From Azolla caroliniana (taxonomy: Eukaryota > Plantae > Polypodiophyta), in assembly GCA_043228905.1 (NCBI GenBank), contig JBHGNT010000001.1, forward strand, positions 5,580,001-5,644,000: DNA of 64,000 bases, written 5' to 3'. Positions 50,460 through 62,285 of this stretch are shown here, one piece after another. Numbering within the stretch: the first letter of the stretch is position 1; the number at the start of each line of letters is the position of its first letter. The notes beneath the pieces are model-generated. The model saw only the letters and a list, made by a program, of their open reading frames with translations, was not told where the DNA came from and made no database searches. The position numbers and the translations under genes were made by a program.

Positions 50460-53400
50460 TATGTAGGTATGTAGGTATGTATGTATGTATGATATATATC
50501 ACATAACAAAGATTAAATCCCAATTAATGTCTGTAGAAGTCTGTATGTATGTACATATATACATGCCCATGGAAAAGAACAATGATGATGATTTTGCATC
50601 ATTTATCATTCCCACCTACTGAGAATGAGAAGAAATAATGTGGAACAATACAAAGGTCAAATTTTTTCTGAAAATAAAAGATATACATGACAGGCATAAT
50701 AATCAGTCACATGTGCGCATATTTATTGCACTAAATTTCACATTTCCAAAGATAAAAATCAGGGACCCAATAAGATATTCATTTTCTTCATTATTTTGAT
50801 TGGAAGAGAGAGAGAGAGAGCATTGAAATGATGAATAAGAAACACCTGTTGATATTTTCGGCATCAAAAAAATCGGATAGGAGTACAAAACAATGGGGGA
50901 TTATCGAATGAAGAAAAACGATGTTTTTTAAAAGGAACAGAATGATTTGAAGATACAGAGAAATTGAAGGAAATAGAAAGGAGCGCCTACCTCGCATTAT
51001 ATCATCGTGATCAGCCTTAATCGTCTTTGTCTTCATCTTCTGCTTCTGCGTCGATGGAAACGGATGCAAGAGGCAAAGACATAAGACACAAGACACAAGA
51101 CACAAGAGGGAAGCCATTCTGGTTTGTTTGTTTTAAACTTTTATGTTTGTTTAGAGGTAATGTAACACCTTTTACTTAGGTGTTGCCCAAGCCTTGGCTT
51201 GTTTCTTTGGGACGGAAGAACGAGTGAGGAAATGACCAAACATGGAGGTATTGAGTCGACACTTAAGTTACCTAAACGCGCATGAACCCCTCGATGCATT
51301 CAAACTCCTACATCTCACAATGGCTTTCAATGAATTAATGACGGCAGTAAGACTTTTAAACCAAGATGTATGTGTATTGGAAACATGTTTTCCGAATGGA
51401 TGTTAAGTTTATGTCAAACACTCTACCTCGGGAGATAACCAGCATTGATACAAGGCAACAAGAGACAAAATCTGCAATATACCGGGATAAGGAGAGTTGC
51501 TCTCACATTCACATGTGCTTTATGAAAATGTTATACATATTTTGAGTCATAGTCACATTTGTCCTCAAAAGACAATAATAAACTCACTCTCTAATTTTCT
51601 CTCTTTATCACTTTGTTTGTAATCATAGAATGAACCATACGTATCATACGTGCATTCGCATTTGAGAATGATTCAATCAAACGTGTATGGATTCACTCTC
51701 AATCCCAATAAGTGGACTCTAATCCATTGTGAACCACCAACATAAGTATGGTTGCAACATTTGCATTGTATCACATGCATACTTTTGGGATGAGAATCAA
51801 GACATCTGTATCATCCTCACTTTACAAAAAAATGAGTATGAAATGTAGAGATTGAATCAAAATATGTCATTGTAAATCATAATCAAACTTTCAAAAACTT
51901 ATAAAACGTATATTCGAGAATATAAAGAAAACGATAATCTGAATTGTAACGATAATTAGTCAAAAAAACGAAATAAAAAAGAATATTTATTTTCCTCATT
52001 TCAAACGTGTTCGTTTCCAAACGTTTGAATGCTTACGCTCTATGTTTGTAATTATGTTACCCTTAGTAGTAAGTTATTGCACTATTGACTCTAAGACCTT
52101 GAGTTCAGGGCTCGACCATCACACTTTTTTTCTCATGTATGAGTTATAGAGAACATAATTTGATGTATTTGTATAATTTATTCATTTAGAAAATGTGTGA
52201 CAAATGTGAATATGCTATTGTTTCGGGCATTTGCTTTAATACCTACACCTCTATGCTAAATAACGTTCACACAATGTTCCAGTCTCCTCTAAACTTTCAT
52301 GAGCCCTTCTAGGATGTATATGTTTGTCTAAAAAGAATACCATTTCCAAGATCCACTAATGTGGATCAATGTTAATGTTGACAACACATATTGTTGCTTC
52401 TAGAAAGAATATGGATATTCCATTAGCAAAAATGGGTTGGTCTTTTGGTTCCCACTTCTCTTGTTTCTAACTTACAAATTGTCGACCACCACTAAATGAG
52501 GTTCATGGATAATGCTTACTATCTAAAATGGGTTTTCAGATCATAGTCCAAGTACTTACTCTTATTTCATGACTCTATTCCATTCATGTGACCCATCAAG
52601 GGTGTTGTGTTACGATACAAAGGGGATGCATGAACACGTTGTTGTTCTAATTTATCTTCAAAGGCACTTAAGAGTAATCATCCATAACATGGGACCACAA
52701 TAAGATCAATCTCTCTTAATCTAACTTTATGATTTAATAATTTCACAATAGATCAATAGTTGACACCAAATAGGAACATTGAATGAGCTAACAATTAATT
52801 CAGTAATTTATACTCAACTAATGGAGATACATATTGGATTCTCACTTATATAGGTTATTACAAGAGTAGAGTACTCCCTTGATAAATCGTGCATCCCTAA
52901 GTACAACTACTTGATATCCTATTACATTCATGGGGCTCATAATTGTGATGGGATAAATTGCATTCCTCAAGACTTTCTTTCCTAACTAAATCTAAGCTTC
53001 TTGAGAAAGCCTCATTCCTCTAGTAGTAGTGGTTATGGATGAAGCCCAAGATGTTTCCCCAACTATTAATGTACCACCCTTGAACATAGAGAATTTAGTT
53101 GTTTGAGTTGTGAAGACGGTTAGATGTATGCAACAGTCTTCGTATTTGCCTTGCGGTATCCGACCAACCAACAGATGGCTTTGTTATTGTGTTGCATAGA
53201 TAATAAATTACGGGGTTCACTTCGTAATGTGTTCCCTCGAGTGTCTCGTACTATTTCGAAGACATTAATTTGTGTGAGGAGGACAATTTGAATCCCATTG
53301 GAAGTCTTAGGACCGATTTGCATTGGATTGCTTGCCATCATCGTGGGGCCAATCAATCAACTCCGCGGACCGTTAGTGCTATGATAGTATTGGGGCTCAT

Positions 53401-53467
53401 GAAAAATGAATTGTTGGATGGAATAATAATTATTATTTCATTATTTTTATTTCTGCTGTATGGTGCG

Positions 53468-53540
53468 ACGTGGCAGCCGCCAGAATGAGGACGTGGCATG
53501 GCTGACTCAGACGTATGAAAGCAGCGTCGGATGACGTGGC
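53468..53540 (+). promoter_or_regulatory. Triple ABRE/G-box (ACGTGGC) cluster upstream of the DUF3455 gene
   Basis: ACGTGGC at 53468, 53491 and 53534; TGACTCA at 53503; TATA-like tatatataa near 53825. Confidence 0.5.
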
Positions 53541-53583
53541 AGCGATGCTGCATGGATATGACGACGGGGTCTCAGACAAACAA

Positions 53584-53622
<39 letters not shown>

Positions 53623-53830
53623 CACGAACGAGTCTCTTCTCTGTTTTGAGCGACCTCTCCGAAACCGAGTGAAGAAGAAATAACATGAATTAAGATTGGG
53701 TCAGCCCTTCAAAAAAACAAACAGACAGACGGAGACTGATTCCCAACAGACGACGGACAGATAAAACAGACAGAATTCGTCAATGGAGTGAGCGCGGCTA
53801 CCTCCGTTTTCTTTCATTTATTTATATATA

Positions 53831-53861
<31 letters not shown>

Positions 53862-54090
53862 GTTCCATTCCACCACATAGATATCACAAGAGCCCACCAA
53901 TTTAGTTCAAGTTCATTCTTTTAACATAATAGCCATTCCATACATACATAGAGAGAAAGAAAGATATATTAACGTCTTCTAAGGCCAAATTTGCCATCAG
54001 AGAGAGAGACACACACAAAAGAGGTCCACCAGACAGAGAGAAGCAGAGCACACAGAGAGAGATCAAGCAAGAAGTGTAGTGTTAGTGGCC

Positions 54091-54657
54091 ATGCCTCCTC
54101 CCTCTACAGAAGGCACTGCTGCTGCTGCTGCCGCCACCGCCGCCGCTAAATTTGTGGTGTGCATCATCCTTGTGAGCATCATCTACTGTCACCACATCCA
54201 ATGGGCGACTGCCACATCCCGCATCATCCTGACGGCATCCCCCGCGCCGTGCCCTAGCGCTCCCTGGGATCTTCTGCAAGGCCTTCACATCCCGTCGGAG
54301 ATAGCCGTGCCACCAGGCAATGAGCTGCGTGTGGCATACAGCGCCCAGGGCCAGCAGCACTACAGCTTCAATGGGAGTGAGTGGGTTGTGGTGAATGCCA
54401 CTGCCAGTCTCTATGCCGATGCCGCCCGCACCCTTTATGTGGGGCAGCACCTGTTCCTAGATGTGGACGGCGGACAACCGACGTGGCGCACTGATGGCCA
54501 CTTGATGAGCCAGGTGAGCGCAACTACCCTCGTAGCCGCCCATGTCGACGCCGACAGCATCACATGGAACCTGCTGCAAGCTGTGAGCCATGGCGGCAAC
54601 CTGTAAGTCACTGCCCCCAAGGAAATTGAATCAGTTTGTTTTGGCAGCAAATACATG

Positions 54658-54693
<36 letters not shown>

Positions 54694-55092
54694 CAGACAG
54701 ACAGACATGCATATACACATACATACTGTAATACATACACACACAGATGAGATAGATAGATTAGATGATTTATTGGCTTAATGTCATTAATTACTACTCA
54801 ATTTGTGTTGTCTTTAATTTTTAATTCTTTATAGATAGATTGATAGCTAGCTAGATGATTGATTGGCTTCATGTCCTCAATTAGAACTCAATTTGTGTTT
54901 GTCTTTAATTCTAATTCTTTTGGGTACTATGTTGACACACGCAGAGAGCCGCTTGGGCGCGTGACTTACGTCCAACGCATCAACACCCGAAATGGTTTGC
55001 CTCCCTCCACCTCCGCCACCGCGCTCATGGACGCAAAAACGGGTGACACACATGCCTCTGAATACTCGGGCATTTACGCCTTCTATGTATAG
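54091..55092 (+). CDS. Secreted or membrane-anchored DUF3455-family protein; exons 54091-54602 and 54945-55092 (219 aa)
   Basis: N-terminal hydrophobic segment. Family motifs IAVPPGNEL, AQGQQHY, ATASLY, VGQHLF, GQPTW, SITWNLLQA, VTYVQRINTRNGLPP and YSGIYAFY in the expected order. Phase-2 GT-AG intron joins GGNL|EPLG. Confidence 0.85.
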
Positions 55093-55333
55093 ATCCTCCT
55101 TACACACACTTAACAGTAGTTTGTGCCTTTGATTTTGAGGGTCACAAGCTCTAATCACATTATAATTTGTCCAGACAAATGAAGTATGTATGTACATATT
55201 CTCCACTTCATTAATTCTTTCATTTATTAAATTTATGTCAAGAAGAGAATTTCTCATCGTGAATGTTTATGTTTAACTAGTAGCACCATTTGTTTCTTCT
55301 TGGTCATGATTACTATCTTGAATCAACCATAAG

Positions 55334-55559
55334 TTTGCTCTTTTTGTCGTTGTAGTAGTACACGATCCGCAATATGCACATTCCCATCTTCTAGGGTCAC
55401 TACCATAAAACCACGCAATATGCACATTCCCATCTTCTAGGGTCACTACCATAAAACCACAGTGGTTGGTCATGATCACTATCTTGAATTTCAATCATAG
55501 GTATGCTCTTTTTGTTGTCGTAGTAGTACATGATCCACAATATGCACATTCTCATCTTC
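55334..55559. repeat. Local duplications (46-bp tandem plus a ~55-bp dispersed copy)
   Basis: cgcaatatgcacattcccatcttctagggtcactaccataaaacca x2; tgctctttttgt..t.gtagtagtaca.gatcc.caatatgcacatt repeated at ~55504. Confidence 0.88.
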
Positions 55560-56599
55560 ATTTCATCCACAATTCATTTCATCCACTCTAAAACAAAAGT
55601 AAAGGCTCAAGGTTCCGTAAGGCTCGGGGAACTTGATCTTAATGCATTTGGTAGAATGATTTTGTGATGGTTGCATGAAGTGCCAAGCTATCAATGAGAG
55701 TGGTGGTGATTAGACTCCATATCCGAGGTTGGTTGGTGTTGTTCAATGACTATATGATGAAATCATGGCAAACAATGATCTCCATGATTTAATGATGGGG
55801 TTACCTTATATTCTATAAATCACGATCTTTATTGTCATTGAAATTACTTTGCTTGCTCTATGGTGACTCCTCTACATGTTGATAGTGTGGGTGAGGAGCT
55901 ATGGAAGAAGTTAGTGATGTGCAATTCTCATTGCAAATTGCATGGTAATATAAGAGCTAATTCTTTATGCTTTTGAAACACTCAAGGAATATTTGTACCG
56001 GCAACTATTCCATCTTTTGTTGAATGGTGATGAATTCAAGTAGATTATGACATACTCATCGTTGATGTGGTTGAAACCTAGGCACCTACACAAGGAATGT
56101 GTTAAGCCCGTGTCATACGTATCATGACACATTATTAATGAAGACACTTGCATTGCCAAAGGTGATAAAAGACGTAAGACTACTAACTAGGATAAAGGGG
56201 GAGTAGAACAAACCTTGTTCTATATCTTTACGCCAAAAAGGCAACCTAATGTGAAAGGGAGCAATGATTTTGTAAAAAGCTACAAAACCCATTTTTCATG
56301 ACTTTTTATCTTCTTCTTGATTATTAACTCTAGAAGCCCTATTTGAACTTAAGTAAGGGCTCTCTCCCCCATCATCTTTCTCCCTTTATATTTAATGAGT
56401 GGTATGTGTTAAGCAAAACACATACCACTCTATGCGTGGTAGTGTTATGATTATTTAGTAATCAAGGTATGGTTAATATATTGTCGTGAGTATTTACTTA
56501 TTTTGACATACTAGTTAACAATTAAGCTTTTGATAAGATAGTCTTTGGAGGAAGGCAAGTAAGAGTTCACAAAGTTAGTCCTTTGTAGAGCTCATAAAA

Positions 56600-59100
56600 C
56601 AATTTTCGTAGTAGGCCACCTCTCGGGGAAATGGCTCCCTTGGTGTGAATCAAGTGTTTCGGGTATAGAGTTCATATAGACCTTATACAATACCTTGTTC
56701 CTTTCATCATTTTGGAGAATTTACAATATCTAAGAGAGTTGTAAGTTCTTGATGTTGAAGCCATTGTTGTTGAACCAATTCATTACCTACGAGTGCCATC
56801 ATCCTTTTGGAAGCATTTATGTTGACTCCATTTTCTTTGATGGTGCAAACCCTTTACGTCCAATTCTTTGAAGTGAAATGGTTGGAATCCAATTGATGAA
56901 GTTCAATATCTAGAATAATGCTTCTAACTTCATAAGTTGGGGATGCTCTATTTGTGTTCACACGTACATGCAGAGACCAATTGTACAACCTATATGGTTT
57001 CTTCGTACATGAGAGTAGGAGTGACACGGTGTCGAATAACCATACTTTCACGCATGGGTCTTGGAAGTGTGTTTAGTTACATTGTCATTCTAGTGTGGCT
57101 AGGGCTACATATTCTCGACAAAGTCTATCTTTGGCACTTTGGGCCATAGAGAAGCACTCACTCGTGCCTGTAACTGCGATTTCTAGACATACATACGAAT
57201 CCACTACTTCAACTTGCCTTCATAATGGAATGAAGATAACTTGACTTGTTGAAGAGTCAATGCAAATGTGTGGAAGATCGTGGCGTTAATGTTCCCTAGC
57301 TTTATTACGAGCCTTCTTTTTGCCAAAAAAACATGATGATGTTGTAGATCTACATAAGAAGAACATCAACATGTGTACCAACTCCTTCACCACCTCCACA
57401 CATGATGTAGTATTATTTTAACTTGTCAATATTTAGTTTGCGAAAGGTGGCCAAGAGTTGGCATCCTTACTTCTTACAAATAGTGCTTATTATTACCTTT
57501 GAAAGCACCCATGAATACCTAATTCATCACAAAACTTGTTCATATAATGCATGCAATCTTGGTGGGAGATGTTTGGGACCTTGGTACAATACGTAAGGCC
57601 TAATAGAAATCTACATAGAATCCAAACAAACACTAGTTTCACGCCTTTGCTTGGTTCACTATGCAATGTAATGATTGTTATTGACCCTTCTTGAGTCAAT
57701 ATGTTGACTAGCCATCGGTGGTTCTTCTTGTTCTGATACCTACACAAATAACGACATGCTCTCCACAATTAGCTTATTCAAATTATTCAAAGGAATTACA
57801 CTATGTAGGGTACAACCAGGAGGATCACAAGAGTCTCTTGAGCGATTGCATTGTCACTTCAGACAATTTATATCTCACCTCTTCCCCGAGTATCTTGCTT
57901 TCTACTGATTCGCAAGGTAATTAAATCCAGTAAGTTTTTCTTTTGTCTCGAGGCTTGAACCACCAACACTTAAGGTTGTTGCTTTGTAACTTTACCTTAG
58001 TATTAATACTGTGTTCACCATTGACTATCGTGTACATATGTACATCAATTATGCTTGTATTGGTACATAAAGAAAGCAACACAAAGGGGGAAAATAAAAT
58101 GAGGACACAAAAGGGAATAATAGGCAATATATATTAGACAATATACTTACAAGTTCTCATGTGCAAGATTTAAATATAGAAAATCACACACACACTTCTA
58201 AGTAATAATGTTACACCTCCAATTGTTTTCACACCCTTCAAACGATCAACAATAACAATGTGCTTTCCTTGTCCCAAGGATACAATGAGTTGTGCTATCA
58301 AGGCCATTGAAATTCGACCAAAAGTTTATGTTGTTGTAGATAGCCAAGCAGTGTCCAAACCCTAGCATTAATAGATGTTTTCCATACCATGCATTGTCCA
58401 AGAGTTGGAATCTCTTGTGAGGAATACTTCACATAGACTTGAGTACCTCATAACCCTCTCGTATATGACATTGCAAGGTGATTCAATTTCTTTGTCTCTC
58501 TTAGTTCTTTGACGATGATCAATTACTTTTGCTTGATTTGATCCCTTGAGAGAGAAGTAACATAGCACAAAGAATAAGACTCTTGTATCTAAGAGCTCAC
58601 CATCATGATTTAGTCCTTGTATCCATGGATGTAAGGCTCATTAGAAGAGAAGGGTGATCTCACCTAACTATTTCATGCACTTTGTCTAGTGATTCGTTGA
58701 TATGTAAACTCCTATTGAAATTCCTTCACTCCAAGTAGCTCTTTCTTGAAGCTTCGGTGTGTCTTTGTAATGAGTGCATCTAATCTTATCATTACCTTTT
58801 CCATTCTTCATGGGTGTGTCCAAAATGCTCTATTGCTCTTCCAAATTACAATATGCAGCTCTAATTTTATTGTTTCACAAGGCACGAATCCCTATTTGAT
58901 GGCCTTGCCATTGATAACAATGTGACCATTATGGTAGACAATCACTTGCCTTCCTTATGTGCTTCTATGATCTATATAGTTTCCTCATCAAGGAAATAAG
59001 GAAGTCATCGAACCTTTGTTTTGTGAAAGACAATTCTTCTTACACACATTAAAAAATTATAATATCAAGGCTTGCGTTTGCAGGGCCTTTCCCTCATCTC
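56600..59100 (-). mobile_element. Very degraded Ty3/Gypsy-like remnant, possibly chromodomain-bearing
   Basis: Minus-strand PTYEVRSIILD (chromodomain-like 'YEVExILD') and weak RT-like GHIVINGK near 58900-58940; no long ORF. Confidence 0.3.
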
Positions 59101-59169
59101 TATTATTTGGTAAATGGGGTTGCTTCTTCCTTGTTATAGTTGAGTTTTCTTGATGTTGTGATCATTGAT

Positions 59170-59461
59170 ATGTGTTCTTGAATGTCGAACAGTTGAGTTG
59201 TTAAACCCTTTTAAACAATTGGAGATTCGTTTCGGCTTGGTTCAAGCTGGAGCTTCATAATCTAGTGTGAGCTCGGTTTGTCAAGGCTCAAGTCGAATTG
59301 AATGAGTATGGTTCCACTTTGAAAACTTCTAGACTAGTTAAGCCTTAACCAATTTGGTTTGGACAAGACCAAACCCCAAACTGAACCAATTTAGTTCCAC
59401 TCAATTTGGTTTGGACAAGACCAAACCGGTTAAGCTGAAATTGACCCGTTGCTGATTCCTA
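59170..59461. mobile_element. Decayed relative of the hAT MITE at 26125-27121
   Basis: Right end ccgttgctgattccta matches the TIR at 14/16. Subterminal cggttt/aaaccg-like motifs. Candidate TSD tcattgat/tcattgaa. Left TIR not recognisable. Confidence 0.55.
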
Positions 59462-61156
59462 TCATTGAAGTAGACTTAGTAGAGCCACAATCCTAATCAA
59501 TCATTGTAACCTCTAAGTGCAGTGGCGTCATTTATTAATGACCTTTTTTTGTTTCACATGTGTAATGAAAAGATTAAGCATGCAACAACCTTCAAGTTGC
59601 TCTATGGTGTAGAGTTTATATTTCTTCAATGCTTATTGGTGTGCTTTGTACAGCATACAAATTTCATCATTATTGTCACCTCACATTCTGCATAAAAGGC
59701 AACAATATCTTTCAATAAGCCAATAAAAAACTCTTGCAAGTAATTTACTATAGTAATGTGACACTATCTCCAATTGTCATTGTTGATCTTTTGCATTTAC
59801 TATTAAGAGGGTCATGAATTCAGCACAATGATCAAATCTTGTTGATAACATTTGAACTTACCCATTTAAATTTGTCCAAATGGATAGCTCCTTGCATTGA
59901 ATCTCTTGAGTGACCTTTTTTCCAATGGATTGATATCTATGGAACTAATGAATTGATATCTCGTGTTTGACTTAGCCATTTAAATAGTGGTTGGTTCACA
60001 CCAAAATTGATGATTGCAAAACTTAGGACGAGCAATTATGATATAACATTGTTCAAAAGAGTTGGGGCTTAAAAGTCACTCTTTAAAGGGTACTTGCATC
60101 AATTGAGTGGCAAGATATCTTTGAACATGAGCATGTTTACTGGATGGATCTTATTGTTTTCCATGGTTGGCAAGCATGAGGCCTCTGGGTTTCCTCTTCC
60201 TTTTTAATCAATAAACAAACCAAAAGGTCTTGAAATTATTTTAGCACTACTTCTAATTGACTTAGTCCAAATAAGTTCATGATGGCCTTTCTGTTCTTAA
60301 ATATTTAACCACCACCCTAGTTTATTTGAGCTGGCGGATATCTACAACTCTCATTGCCACAATTTGAAAATTGCCAAACAATTTGCTATTTTGACCATCA
60401 TGTTTTAAAACTTACTTGTAAAGCCAAAAGGAAATGAGCAAATATAAATCTATGTATTCTAGACTAAGTGGTCATACATTACCTCTTATGATAGCTAAGT
60501 CATCTTTCACAAGAGACTACAGAAACTAAATCTTCAGGCTTACCAACATGTAGGAATTTCAACCCTAAATACTAAGATTAACATTGTGTGCCTCCTACCA
60601 TCTATTGATATCGGTATAAACAACCTACATTCAAACCGAAATTACCAAGATACATAGCCAGAAACAGTATGTTGTTGAAGCATCAAATTATTATATATTA
60701 CCTAGTAAGCAAGAACACATTATCTACCAGCTGTTACTTCTGTTAAAATGGCCACAACAAGAGTTTTATCTATTCCTCTGCTTTTGTCTCAAATTGTGTC
60801 CTTAGGCAGGCAAAACCTGTGGTGACTCGCTAATTAGATCCTGCTCTAATATTATTAGCACTATCGTTTGAACAATAACTACGATTTTCTAATTCACAAA
60901 ATACCTATGTACCACCATTGTTCACCCTACAATCATGAATTCTTCATTTTGTTTAAGCAGTCTAAATCCTTCATCAAGTTGTGTTGAATAATCTTCTACC
61001 ATTTTCTACCAGTGTTTCTGTTTAGTATTTAGGTAGAGATTTGGTCTTTTGATAGACCCACTTCCTCTCTTTATCCATGTGTGCATGGTCTTTGGTCCTT
61101 GGCCTTTTCCCACTTCACCTCATAAATTTTGAAATCAACACTTGTGATACCTTAAC

Positions 61157-61379
61157 CTTTTATGATCTACAAACTTCGTCTTTGTTCCTTAGGCTCTTAT
61201 TCCAAACTAACAGATCTACCATTCGCTGGTGACATTATTTGTTTTCACCATCTACCACATCATTTTTAGCATAATCTTTTATGATCTACAAACTTCGTCT
61301 TTGTTCCTTAGGCTCTTATTCCAAACTAACAAATCTACCATTCGCTGGTGACATTATTTGTTTTCACCATCTACAACAT
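61157..61379. repeat. Direct duplication of ~100 bp with 119-bp period
   Basis: cttttatgatctacaaacttcg...ttttcaccatctac at 61157 and 61276; one mismatch in the core. Confidence 0.95.
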
Positions 61380-62285
61380 GATGTGTTCATTGAACCCCAA
61401 TTGTAACTCTTAATAATAATAAAATCTCATAGATTGAAACACTTACGGGAACATATGGAACTTTTCCACATTGCCACATCAAATGCTCCCTCTGCTGAAA
61501 TTAGGACTGTCTATTGCATGATTAAAATTATGCCTAAGTGCAGACGTTATCCATAAGTAATGACATAGTTTGGAACATGCACCATGAGTTGGCTATTCAC
61601 ACATGCACATATAAATTATTCATTGACTGTCTCAAGTTGTTCATCTTTATGCTGTTATAGTACTTTGTATCTAAATTGGTTGACCTGAAATCCATGATAT
61701 CTGTGAAAAGAGTGAGTTCAGCTTTCAACTTTTTGCAGTGACTTGATAGACCCTACATTAATCATTATACTGTTGTATGTATGCCCACAATCAACATAAA
61801 ACAAATAAAAGCACTGACCTTAGATTAATGCCTAACCTGGAAACCCATTAGCATTATGAGATACTTCATATGTGAATTGAATTTGTAACTTTTGGTAGAG
61901 TGCCATCTACAGGATTGATATCCACAGTGATATACACACAGAAGAATGACAGTCTCTAAAGTAGTCATTACTCCACCATATCTATTTCAGGTCAATTAGG
62001 TATAAGACAACCAGAAGTACTGACCTCAGATGAGTATAATTGAGTGTATACATCCGCAATAGCAGACTCAAAGTACAATTTGTACAGGTCTCAAGAATGG
62101 ACAGTCTAAAAGAAGTTTGACCTCTCCATCATTAAGCATACCTCCTGAGACAACGAACTAAGTTCTCTTTGACAGCAAAATACTGAGCCAACCAAAGAGG
62201 GAAACAAGACGAGTAGATAAGAAGTCAATTTTGAAGGCAAATCATGTTGTAACAAGAAAGAAGAAATTAAACCTCGCTGTCTATT

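Noticed and set aside
51160-51440. Possible LTR fragment (tgtaacacc start; PPT-like ctctacctcgggaga)
   Set aside because: No partner LTR, TSD or internal domain found.
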